Both the position numbers and the translations under genes were made by a program. From assembly GCA_963681965.1 (NCBI GenBank), contig OY820579.1, positions 1,440,001-1,504,000 of the forward strand: 64,000 nucleotides of DNA, read 5' to 3'. The DNA is from a bacterium. Its GTDB lineage: Bacteria; Electryoneota; JAOADG01. The notes beneath the pieces were generated by a model, which saw nothing but the letters and a program-made list of their open reading frames with translations, did no database searches and was not told the DNA's origin. Below are positions 46,666 to 56,077 of this stretch, piece by piece (the first letter of the stretch is position 1; each line of letters opens with the position of its first letter).

Positions 46666-47804
46666 TGAAGAGGATGAACATGAGGAATAATCCGACCAGT
46701 CGAATATTTTTTGCAATAGCACTGGTTTCTGCGATTGTCGCAGTTGCCGGAGCGGCGACTCGTGTTAAGGATATCGCCGATGTTCTTACTGGTCCGACGG
46801 TAACGTTGCAGGGATACGGTTTAGTGATTGGTTTGGAAGGTTCGGGCGATGGATCGCGAACAGTTTTCACACAGCAATCGCTTGCCAGCTATCTCGACAG
46901 GTTGGGTATTCGCGTCGATCCCAATGTTGTCCGAGTGAAGAATGTTGCTGCTGTGATGGTCACAGCGAAGATGGTGCCATTTTCACGCGCAGGTCAAAAA
47001 TATGATGTCGTGCTTTCATCATTAGGCGATGCCAAATCGTTGAATGGCGGCAATCTGATGGCGACACCGTTATTGGGTCCCGATGGTTTAGTATACGGCA
47101 ATGCGCAAGGTCCGGTTCTTACTGGTGGTTATTCGGTTGAATCCGAAGGGCAGCGCGAAGCCGTAAATCCCTCTGTAGTCGGTCGCATCGTGAGCGGGTT
47201 AACACTGACGAGAACCCCAGCTTCTTCGGTTGCGACCGACTCGGTTATTTTCATGTTGAAAACGCCGGATTTTACTTCCGCCAAGAAGTTATCCGATCGT
47301 CTGCGAGCCGCGACTTCTCTGTTGTCCGGCGGTTTCACTGCCTATCCGGTCGATCCCTCCACAATTGTGATGATGCTCCCCGATACTCTTCAGAATCCTG
47401 CCGGTTGGATGACCGCGGTAGCTGCAGCGGAAACGTTGGAAATCGAAACTGATGTTACTGCGCGAGTAGTCATTAATGAGCGCACTGGAACGGTTGTTGT
47501 CGGCGATCGAGTTCGATTGTTACCCGTCGCGATTGCACATGGCGCACTGTCGATCCGGGTAAAGCAGACACCGGTTGTATCGCAACCGAATGCATTTGGA
47601 CAGGGAACGACCGCACAATCCAATCAAACCGAATTGAATGTATCGCAACAGAATTCCGGATTGCAGGTGTTTCAACAGTCCGCGTCTGTGGGCGATGTTG
47701 CCAATGCATTGAATAAGCTGGGTGTTACTCCCCGCGATGTTGTCGCCATCTTTCAAGCATTGAAAGCTGCCGGAGCATTGCAAGCGGATCTGGTAATCAT
47801 ATAG
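46665..47804 (+). CDS. flgI: Flagellar P-ring protein FlgI
   Basis: RVKDI, GYGLVIGL.GSGD, KNVAAVMVTA, NERTGTVV and LKAAGALQADL. Confidence 0.96.
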   Translation: MKRMNMRNNPTSRIFFAIALVSAIVAVAGAATRVKDIADVLTGPTVTLQGYGLVIGLEGSGDGSRTVFTQQSLASYLDRLGIRVDPNVVRVKNVAAVMVTAKMVPFSRAGQKYDVVLSSLGDAKSLNGGNLMATPLLGPDGLVYGNAQGPVLTGGYSVESEGQREAVNPSVVGRIVSGLTLTRTPASSVATDSVIFMLKTPDFTSAKKLSDRLRAATSLLSGGFTAYPVDPSTIVMMLPDTLQNPAGWMTAVAAAETLEIETDVTARVVINERTGTVVVGDRVRLLPVAIAHGALSIRVKQTPVVSQPNAFGQGTTAQSNQTELNVSQQNSGLQVFQQSASVGDVANALNKLGVTPRDVVAIFQALKAAGALQADLVII

Positions 47805-47812
47805 GTCGTGCC

Positions 47813-48559
47813 ATGACAGCAATACCCTCGAAATTCGATAAAACTGAAATCGCACCGCTGACCGCTGCGAAGCATGTTCAGACTACTGCTGACCGGAAAA
47901 AAGCCGAGCAAGTCGCCAAGCAATTCGAAGCGGTTCTGGTGGCGACGATGGTGCGCGAGATGCGTCAGGGAACAGAGTTGTTTGGATCAAGCGATCCTTC
48001 GGCAAAAATGTTCGACACCATGTTCGATGAAGCATTGGCGACCCAGATGGGAAGTACTGGCAATGGTTTCGGTATCCGCAAAATGGTGCTGGATGCACTG
48101 GATCGCACGCAACACAAATTTGAGCCGACCAAAGACTTTAAGCCGGGTGTGAAGCAATGGGATCCGATGATCGAAAAAATCGCTACGGAAGAGGGTGTCG
48201 ATCCTAATCTGGTGCGCGCAGTGATGGAACGCGAATCCGGTGGTCATCAGACTGCGAGATCGCGTGCCGGTGCTTGCGGTTTGATGCAGTTAATGCCGGA
48301 TACCGCCCGGTCGCTGGGTGTCAAACAGATTTTCGATCCCGAACAAAACCTGCGCGGCGGCGTCAAGTATCTCAAAGAACAAATCGATCGCTTCGGTCGC
48401 GTCGATCTGGCACTGGCAGCCTACAATGCCGGACCAAATGCGGTTGAGCGACACCGCGGTATACCACCTTTCAGCGAAACACGAAGTTATGTGAGTAGTA
48501 TCATGAACCGACTCCAAAGTACCCTACTACCAACTCGAGAGGAGGACGCAAATGACTGA
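47813..48559 (+). CDS. flgJ: FlgJ: rod-binding domain fused to a soluble lytic transglycosylase domain
   Basis: AKQFEAVLV..MVREMR (rod-binding) followed by AVMERES, GLMQLMP, ALAAYNAG and ETRSYV (SLT). Confidence 0.88.
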   Translation: MTAIPSKFDKTEIAPLTAAKHVQTTADRKKAEQVAKQFEAVLVATMVREMRQGTELFGSSDPSAKMFDTMFDEALATQMGSTGNGFGIRKMVLDALDRTQHKFEPTKDFKPGVKQWDPMIEKIATEEGVDPNLVRAVMERESGGHQTARSRAGACGLMQLMPDTARSLGVKQIFDPEQNLRGGVKYLKEQIDRFGRVDLALAAYNAGPNAVERHRGIPPFSETRSYVSSIMNRLQSTLLPTREEDAND

Positions 48560-49052
48560 GCAGATTAAGGAATTAATCGAGTTGATTCGTTCCGAAGAAA
48601 ACCTGATGCAGGATTTCTTAACCGTTCTTGATCGCCAGAAAGTACTGTTACTCGAAAATCGACACGAAGAATTCGAAATGACGGTAACCGAACAGGAACG
48701 CTTATTAACCTCCATTCAACATCTCGAACAGAAGCGGATCGAAGTAATCGTAATGATTGCGAGTGGTCTGAAGATCGAAGGTGAAGAACTCACACTGGCA
48801 CGCTTGATCGAGATGACGCTGGGTGAATTCGACGAGGAATTGCGCGAATTAAAACGATCGCTGAATCGCTTGGTCGATCGCATTCGTAAAGCAAATCAGG
48901 TCAATGCGCATCTGGTTCATCGCTCGTTGAATTATCTCCAGAAATCGGTTACGTGGTTGATCGATTCCGGCGACTTAAGCGTGACTTATTCTCAAGCCGG
49001 TGAAATGAATCAATCGGCAGTCGGTGCCGTGTTGTTGAACAAGAAACTGTAG
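48552..49052 (+). CDS. flgN: Flagellar export chaperone FlgN
   Basis: Helical protein immediately before flgK; N..N..L motif (ANQVNAHLV) and C-terminal TY. Confidence 0.88.
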   Translation: MTEQIKELIELIRSEENLMQDFLTVLDRQKVLLLENRHEEFEMTVTEQERLLTSIQHLEQKRIEVIVMIASGLKIEGEELTLARLIEMTLGEFDEELRELKRSLNRLVDRIRKANQVNAHLVHRSLNYLQKSVTWLIDSGDLSVTYSQAGEMNQSAVGAVLLNKKL

Positions 49053-49060
49053 GAGCCTAA

Positions 49061-50416
49061 ATGCCGTCGCTATTGTCTGCACTGCTGTCAGCACGCTCCG
49101 CATTATTGTCGAATCAGTCGAGTATGGCTGTCATTTCGCACAATATGTCGAATGCGAATACCGATGGCTATACCCGTCAATCGGCGGAAATGGTGGCAAT
49201 GGCTGGCATCGGCGATGCCAATGCCGCATACGGATTTGGTGTTGATGTCGCTTCGGTGACGCGGTCGCGAAACGATTATATCGATCGAAGCTTGCGTTCC
49301 GAACAAGGCGAATTAAGTCGCAACGAATATCTGCACGATCAATTATCGCAACTATCGCAAGCGATCGGTGATCCGACCGAAGGCGATTTTGTTACTTCGA
49401 TCAATGAATTCTGGTCGAGTTGGCAGGATTTGGCGAATGCGCCGGAATCGATTGCTGCCCGTGCTTCGGTACAAACCGCCGGTCAGGAAATGTGTGGTGA
49501 ATTTCAGCGCATTGCATTAACGATCGATGACTTGTCTTCCAATGCAAATTCGACGATTGATTCCGCAGTAACGAACGTTAATCAAATTTCGGCATCATTA
49601 GTCGAGCTGAATCGACAAATCGCTCGCGAGACATCGCAAAGTCGGCAACCCAACGACTTGATGGATCAGCGCGATAAACTTCTCGATCAACTTGCCAAAC
49701 TTGGCAATGTTTCAACTTCGACCGGCACCAATGGTGCATTTCGGGTACAATTCGGCGATACGATCCTCGTCGAAGGTGAGAGCGCTATTCAATTGCGCTC
49801 GACTCAATTAGCTGGCAAAACCGTCGTGATGTGGGAAGGCGGCGATCGGGAAGTAAAGCTCTCCTCCGGACAAGTTGCAGGTGCGTGCGATACATCGAAA
49901 CAGCTAAACGATTGGCGAGCAAACCTAGATACAATTGCGAAAACCATCGCCGACAAAGTGAATGAAATTCACCGGGTTGGTCGCGGTCTCGATGGATCGA
50001 CCGGAGTCAATTTCTTTGCTGCTAATATTACCAGCGCCGATCAAATGCGGCTAGATCCTTCGGTTCTTACTAGCGTCAATCGGATCGCTGGTTCAGGTGC
50101 CCAAGGGACAGGCGACGGTTTGACCGCGCGTGCTATCGGTAAACTATCAACGCTCTCGATCATCGATGGCAAAACTGTATCGGCATCCATTTCAGGTTTC
50201 ATCGGTACAGTCGGAACGGTAACGGCAAAAGCGGAAAACGATCGCGCGCAAGCCGAGGCGGGTGTTCAGCAAATGGATACCTGGCAAAAGTCAGTTTCGG
50301 GTGTAAATGTTGATGAAGAATTGATGAATATGATGAAATATCAACAATCGTTTGCGGCAGCAGGAAAAGTGTATACCATCGTGAATTCGATGATGGATAC
50401 TATCCTCAAATTATAG
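49061..50416 (+). CDS. flgK: Hook-associated protein FlgK
   Basis: HNMSNANTDGYTRQ, NDLMDQRD and SGVNVDEE...YQQSF.A. Confidence 0.95.
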   Translation: MPSLLSALLSARSALLSNQSSMAVISHNMSNANTDGYTRQSAEMVAMAGIGDANAAYGFGVDVASVTRSRNDYIDRSLRSEQGELSRNEYLHDQLSQLSQAIGDPTEGDFVTSINEFWSSWQDLANAPESIAARASVQTAGQEMCGEFQRIALTIDDLSSNANSTIDSAVTNVNQISASLVELNRQIARETSQSRQPNDLMDQRDKLLDQLAKLGNVSTSTGTNGAFRVQFGDTILVEGESAIQLRSTQLAGKTVVMWEGGDREVKLSSGQVAGACDTSKQLNDWRANLDTIAKTIADKVNEIHRVGRGLDGSTGVNFFAANITSADQMRLDPSVLTSVNRIAGSGAQGTGDGLTARAIGKLSTLSIIDGKTVSASISGFIGTVGTVTAKAENDRAQAEAGVQQMDTWQKSVSGVNVDEELMNMMKYQQSFAAAGKVYTIVNSMMDTILKL

Positions 50417-51349
50417 GTGATGACAATGCGAATTACCCAATTATCGCTTTATCAGCAACAGATGTATGAGAATCGAAAGCAGTACGCCAACCTGGCGGAA
50501 TCGCAACTCGGTTCAACTACCGGTACACGAGTCAACACCGCCGAGGACGATCCGAATAATGCAGCGCAATTGGTTCGATTGGCGACCGATAAAGAGCGTA
50601 GTAAACAATATCAGCGGAATATTCAGGATGGTCTGGATCGATTGCAGACGACCGATAATGCCTTGTCGCGTATCGATCAAATACTTACCTCGGCACGTGC
50701 TAAAGCTGTTTCCGGAGGTACCGATTCGATTACCGACGATGATCGTCAGAAGATTGCAACCGATTTGGATCAAATTCTAAATGATCTAGTTGCAACCGTC
50801 AATCAGCAATCGGATGGACGATACCTGTTTGGTGGCGCCACCAACGATAAACCCCCACTACAGATCACGAAAGCCGATGACGGTACGATAACGCAGATTA
50901 CCATGAATTGGGAGGAGATCGCTACCCCGGTGTTGCGCGATATTGGCGACGGTGAGGAAGTGTCGGTGACTGCTAGCCCACTGATGTTTCGATCGGACGA
51001 TTCGGGAACTGCTCCCGATGTATTCACGGAATTAATTCGGTTGCGCGACGATTTACGCGGGAACGGCACAACGACACAAGTTACCACTCACTTGGATGCC
51101 ATCGATAAATACCGCGCGAAAGTAAACGGAACGCAAGCTCAAGTTGGTGAATGGGTTAATCAACTCAATGCCGCCGATATCCGGTGGAAAGATCGCGATC
51201 TGCGCATTACCGATCAAACGAGTAAACTGCAGGATTGGGATACCGCTGAAATCATTATGAAGTACAAACAGGCGGAAACTTCATATTCCAGTTCGCTGCA
51301 GATGACGTCGCAGATCTTCAATTTGTCGTTGTTGAAATATCTTTCCTAG
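50417..51349 (+). CDS. flgL: Hook-associated protein FlgL
   Basis: MRIT, TGTRV...DDP, GRYLFGG and SLLKYL. Confidence 0.93.
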   Translation: MMTMRITQLSLYQQQMYENRKQYANLAESQLGSTTGTRVNTAEDDPNNAAQLVRLATDKERSKQYQRNIQDGLDRLQTTDNALSRIDQILTSARAKAVSGGTDSITDDDRQKIATDLDQILNDLVATVNQQSDGRYLFGGATNDKPPLQITKADDGTITQITMNWEEIATPVLRDIGDGEEVSVTASPLMFRSDDSGTAPDVFTELIRLRDDLRGNGTTTQVTTHLDAIDKYRAKVNGTQAQVGEWVNQLNAADIRWKDRDLRITDQTSKLQDWDTAEIIMKYKQAETSYSSSLQMTSQIFNLSLLKYLS

Positions 51350-51370
51350 CTAGTTGACTAAGGAATCCAT

Positions 51371-53059
51371 ATGCGTGCTCCGGATATCTCGATATTAATT
51401 GCCACCTATAATCGGAAAGATCTCGTACAGGCGTGTCTGGATCGAGTATTCGAACTGGCACCCACTGAACCACCGTTCGAAGTCATTGTGGTTGATAATG
51501 CTTCGACCGATGGAACGGCAGAAATGTTGGAAGCATACCCAAATCCGATTGTATTGGTTCGGAATTCGGTGAATCGCAATTTTTCCGGGGCAAACAATCA
51601 GGCTGCCGAGTTAGCTCGGGGCGATTGGTTGGTCATGTTAAATGCCGACACTTTGCCCGAAGCGGGCTGGTTACAGGCACTTTTAGCCGAAGCGAAACTT
51701 GATCCGAAAATTGGGGTGACAGGCTGCAAGTTGCTCTACCCAGAAGATCGTACAGTACAACATGCCGGAGTGGCAATCGGAGAGCAAAACCATCCGTTCC
51801 ATATTTACCGCAAAGCGCAGGAAGACTCCCCGATCATTAATCATCGCCGGGAATTGCAATCAGTGACTGCCGCGTGTTGGATTGTACCGACGAAATTGTA
51901 TCGCGAGTTGGGGGGATTTGACGAACGATATGTGAATGGCTTCGAAGATGTCGATTTTTGCTTCCGGGTTCGTGAAGCCGGTTTGAAAGTCTTTTACACT
52001 CATTTGGCGACGGTGTTGCATTTCGAAGGGGCGTCTCCGGGAAGAAACAGCAATAACGGTGATAACTGGCAGATCTTTCGCGATCGATGGGAGGGAAAAT
52101 ATTTCCCCGACATCTTGATGATTTATGCGCGAGACGGTCTCCGCGCGATCCCAATCAAATTCAATACCGTACGTCTTATTTCCGACACAGCCCAGCGACA
52201 ATTCGAGATCAACTATGTTTGGGATCTGATTAATCACCAGCAATACGAACTTGCAGCTCAGCAATTACAAATAGTTAAGGAAAAATACCCCGATGAATTT
52301 AATGTTCGGGAATTCGAAATCAAGTTGTTGATTGCAACTGGGCATCTAGTAGAAGCGATTGATTTAGCTGAAATGCAAAGTGCATCGCTACCGATCTGGT
52401 ATCATGCCAAACGCACCATCACACTGGCTAAACGTGCCGGTCAACTGGAGCGTGCTACTCATTTACTCACCGCTTGGGAAACAAAGCTCGAAGAGGATGA
52501 AGATCGAGCCGAATGGTGGGCGTTGCGAGGTGATGTATTTGCCAAACAAAGCGATTGGGTATCAGCCGGTGAGTGTTATCAAAATGCTGCACAACTGCGC
52601 CCGACACTGGAAGAAGTTATGGTCGGGAAAGCGAATATCTTGTTGGCTCAATCGAAGGCTCCCGAGGCTGAATATGCGTATCTGGAAACGATCCATCGAC
52701 ACTGGGAATCGAGCCGGGCACACCTCGGATTGGCACTGAGTTTGCTTATGCAAGGTAGGAAGCACGAGGCATTGGATGCATTTGTTGCATCCCGGAGATA
52801 CGATCCTACCGACTTGAACTGCACACTGTATCTGGTCTCGTTAGCACAAGAACTAGGGCAGTTGACTCTTGCAGAGAAAACTCTGCAAGACGCGCTGAAG
52901 CGAATGCCAAATCATACCGAATTAATGCTGTTTCTGGGTTCGACTAAAGCCAGCGCAGGGGATCGCGACGGCGCTAAAGACATATCGAAGAAAATATTGA
53001 AAATAAACCCGGGTGATCAAGGCGCGAAGAAATTGTTGGCATGGGCGGAATCGTCGTGA
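51371..53059 (+). CDS. GT2 family glycosyltransferase with C-terminal TPR repeats
   Basis: VIVVDNASTDGT, LNADT and GGFDERY..GFEDVDFC; TPR repeats in the C-terminal half. Confidence 0.9.
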   Translation: MRAPDISILIATYNRKDLVQACLDRVFELAPTEPPFEVIVVDNASTDGTAEMLEAYPNPIVLVRNSVNRNFSGANNQAAELARGDWLVMLNADTLPEAGWLQALLAEAKLDPKIGVTGCKLLYPEDRTVQHAGVAIGEQNHPFHIYRKAQEDSPIINHRRELQSVTAACWIVPTKLYRELGGFDERYVNGFEDVDFCFRVREAGLKVFYTHLATVLHFEGASPGRNSNNGDNWQIFRDRWEGKYFPDILMIYARDGLRAIPIKFNTVRLISDTAQRQFEINYVWDLINHQQYELAAQQLQIVKEKYPDEFNVREFEIKLLIATGHLVEAIDLAEMQSASLPIWYHAKRTITLAKRAGQLERATHLLTAWETKLEEDEDRAEWWALRGDVFAKQSDWVSAGECYQNAAQLRPTLEEVMVGKANILLAQSKAPEAEYAYLETIHRHWESSRAHLGLALSLLMQGRKHEALDAFVASRRYDPTDLNCTLYLVSLAQELGQLTLAEKTLQDALKRMPNHTELMLFLGSTKASAGDRDGAKDISKKILKINPGDQGAKKLLAWAESS

Positions 53060-54363
53060 ATATAGGCGTTTTACAGTTGGCAAGAATGGGCGATTGGGTG
53101 CAGACGATGCCTCTAGTCGCCAATTTGCGCTCAAAATATCCCGATGCGAATATTACACCTATTTGCGATCGTCGCGTCTCAGATCTGGTTACGGAAATCA
53201 CGGATACAACTCCGATCGCGTTACCGATTCCCGAGCGGATGCTGGCTCGTGACGTACCGGCGATGCTTTATTCCATGCTTCATCGATTTTTAGCCGAAGT
53301 TCCGCAATTCGATCTGATCATTCGCTGTAACGATACTCCATTGGCGCGATTATGGCAGCATATCCTTGAAAATCCGTTTCGACAAAATACTCAAGATGCG
53401 AATCTTCGTACCGTTCGTTCGGAAGCTTTGATTCGAATTTTACCGTTGATTGATTCCCGGTTACGACTCCACATCAGTGACCTCTGGCGCTGGCGTGTTG
53501 CCGATTCTCAGACAATTCCACGATCGCATTGGAATGATACCGTTCGACAGATCGCTATCGCAGTCGGTTCCGGTGGTGTGGAACGTGCTTGGGGTGAGGA
53601 TCGATTGCTTCGCACCATCCAGATTGCCAGTGATTCAGCGCCAGTAACACTAATCGGAAGCGAATCGGAACAGGATTTTGCCGGAAATATCGCGCGCCAA
53701 ATCGATCTGAATCGAAATGTTACCAATAAAGTTGGATGCTGGTCGATAAAAACTTTGAATAGTTGGTTAAGTCAGACGGGCGTTGTGTGTGTTGCATTGG
53801 ATACCGGATCACTGCACTTGGCAGCGCTATCGGGAGCAGCAACTTTTGGATGTTATGAGGGTGAAGCGGTTCCCGAAACGACTGGTGCCGTCGGATCTTG
53901 CAGTGCTGGGGTCGAAAACGAAGCATCGATTCCGATCGATCAATGGGAAATAAGCTTACGACGATTCCTGGTTGCTCCGAATCAATTTCTTCCAGAGAAT
54001 GACAGCGAATTTGTGATGGAACAAACCGACCGAATTCGAGTTCTTCGGGCAACATCACTAACTGAAACAGAAATAAAAATTGTCAACTGGTTAATCGACT
54101 TTGTGCACTGTAAAAGTAACTGCACAATGCGCGACTTGCGAGATCCGTGGCGATCGCTCGAGCAGTGGTTGACGAATTGGGAAAACCGATCGAATGAACC
54201 GGGTTGGGAGTTTAAAGAAGTCGTTCCGGAATCACAATTTGAGCACATTTTAACTGCACTCCATTGGTCGGTATTGGAAAGTATCAATCGACCACCTTCA
54301 CTTTTCCAGCGCTCGTCAAATAAACAAGAGGATCGACATGCGTCCGTCGCACTGGCACGTTGA
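53056..54363 (+). CDS. GT9 (heptosyltransferase-like) glycosyltransferase, divergent
   Basis: QLARMGD N-terminal motif and DTGSLHLAA. Confidence 0.75.
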   Translation: MNIGVLQLARMGDWVQTMPLVANLRSKYPDANITPICDRRVSDLVTEITDTTPIALPIPERMLARDVPAMLYSMLHRFLAEVPQFDLIIRCNDTPLARLWQHILENPFRQNTQDANLRTVRSEALIRILPLIDSRLRLHISDLWRWRVADSQTIPRSHWNDTVRQIAIAVGSGGVERAWGEDRLLRTIQIASDSAPVTLIGSESEQDFAGNIARQIDLNRNVTNKVGCWSIKTLNSWLSQTGVVCVALDTGSLHLAALSGAATFGCYEGEAVPETTGAVGSCSAGVENEASIPIDQWEISLRRFLVAPNQFLPENDSEFVMEQTDRIRVLRATSLTETEIKIVNWLIDFVHCKSNCTMRDLRDPWRSLEQWLTNWENRSNEPGWEFKEVVPESQFEHILTALHWSVLESINRPPSLFQRSSNKQEDRHASVALAR

Positions 54364-56068
54364 AAAAATCGTTGCGTCGGATGGCAATGTAACCGTTCGG
54401 GTGAACGGCAAATTACTGCATAGTAAAGTCGCTCCATTGCGTGAAGCGGATAAATGGGCATCGCAACAACCGGAAGCACCAGCGTATGCGATTGTCGGTG
54501 CTGGGATGGGGTGGGGTGTTCAGGCGCTTCTCAAACGCTTTCCCACTTCGAAAATTGTTGTCCTCGAACCTGTTCCCGGATTAATACCGGATCTCCAGTC
54601 GCAGTTTAATGGTTATAACGGGTCCATTCGAATCGTCTCACTTGCTAATCGAATCAATGCGTCAGTCGCCCTTTCGTCGATCCAGCAACATCTTGGATCC
54701 GACTATCGCATCGTCGAGGGATATCCGAATGCTGCCGAGTGGGATAATAGCGGTATTGTCGATCGATTGCGATTTCGATCGAAACTATCGCAACAACCGC
54801 CTCGGGTATTGGTTGTTACCCCAATTTACGGAGGTTCGTATCCGATTGCGCAGTATTGTGTGAATGGACTGCGAATGCTCGGTTGCACTGTCGAATTACT
54901 CGATAATGCACATCTTGACCCAGCACGGCAGGAAATTGATACAATCACCGACCGACCCGACCATAAACAGCAATTGACTGGAATACTGGTTTCGTTTGCT
55001 GCAGAACGAATCGCCGCGAAAGCTGCTGCCATGAAAGCCGACTTAGTATTGGCGTTGGCACAAGCTCCGGTAACATCTCGGGTTTGGGATGAGTTGCGAA
55101 ATGCGGGTGTAGCTACAGCATTCTGGTTTGTCGAAGATCATCGATTGTTTCCCTACGGATCGAATATTGCCCCACGCGTCGATGCATTCTTTCCAATTCA
55201 ATGCGATGAATGGACCGATGAACTATCAAAGCAGGGTGCACACCTCCATTACTTACCACTTGCTGCAGACGAATCGATACACAGTGAAGTTGAATTGAAC
55301 GAATTCGAACGCGGACGATTTGGTTCCGATCTATCGTTTGTTGGTGCTGGATACTATAATCGCCGGAATGCGTTTCTCACGTTTATCGATCAGAATATGA
55401 AAATTTGGGGTGATGGGTGGCGGAGTGCCGACGGTTTATCACGGTTGGTGCAAGAGGATGGACGACGAATCTCGACCGAAGAATCGATTAAAATCTTCTC
55501 AGCATCGAAGGTGAATATCAATCTTCATTCCAGTACTTACTATCAGGATGTCAGTCCGGATGGCGATTTTGTCAATCCCCGAACGTTCGAAATAGCCGCT
55601 TGTCGCGCCTTTCAAGTAATTGACGAACGCTCGCTATTACCGGAGTTGTTTTCACCCGAAGAAATGCCGACAGCCGGCACCCTTGATCAATTCCGAATGC
55701 AAGTTAATTCGGCACTAGCTGATTCTGGTTATCGACAACAAACCACCGAACTCGCTTATAACCGAGTTGTTGCCGACCATCTATACACCCACCGGATGGA
55801 AGAATTACTGGGCTATGTCTTTCGAAACCGTTCTCCACTGAGCCACTCCGCAATGGGTCAAGTGTCGGTTGAGAAATGGATCGAGGAAGCTGGAGACGAT
55901 CCCGATCTCGTCGAATATCTTACGCGATTTCGCGATCGAAAGCGATTGACGTTATCCGAAATTGCCGAAGAAATTGAATCGCGACGAGAACGTTTGTCTT
56001 CTACAGAATCGGTTTTCTTATTGATGAATGAATTTTACAAGTGGGGAAAAGAGCACGGTGTTATTTAG
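54338..56068 (+). CDS. CgeB/DUF3880-like GT-B glycosyltransferase with Maf-like N-terminal segment
   Basis: LHSKVAPLREA..G.G.G, PIYGGSYP, FWFVED, SFVGAGYYNR, NPRTFEIAAC and HLYTHRM. Confidence 0.8.
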   Translation: MRPSHWHVEKIVASDGNVTVRVNGKLLHSKVAPLREADKWASQQPEAPAYAIVGAGMGWGVQALLKRFPTSKIVVLEPVPGLIPDLQSQFNGYNGSIRIVSLANRINASVALSSIQQHLGSDYRIVEGYPNAAEWDNSGIVDRLRFRSKLSQQPPRVLVVTPIYGGSYPIAQYCVNGLRMLGCTVELLDNAHLDPARQEIDTITDRPDHKQQLTGILVSFAAERIAAKAAAMKADLVLALAQAPVTSRVWDELRNAGVATAFWFVEDHRLFPYGSNIAPRVDAFFPIQCDEWTDELSKQGAHLHYLPLAADESIHSEVELNEFERGRFGSDLSFVGAGYYNRRNAFLTFIDQNMKIWGDGWRSADGLSRLVQEDGRRISTEESIKIFSASKVNINLHSSTYYQDVSPDGDFVNPRTFEIAACRAFQVIDERSLLPELFSPEEMPTAGTLDQFRMQVNSALADSGYRQQTTELAYNRVVADHLYTHRMEELLGYVFRNRSPLSHSAMGQVSVEKWIEEAGDDPDLVEYLTRFRDRKRLTLSEIAEEIESRRERLSSTESVFLLMNEFYKWGKEHGVI

Positions 56069-56077
56069 GAGGAATCG

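Noticed and set aside
16304-51349. Non-flagellar (injectisome) type III secretion system
   Set aside because: Rod, hook, L/P-ring, flagellin and cap genes are present and there is no secretin; the system is flagellar.
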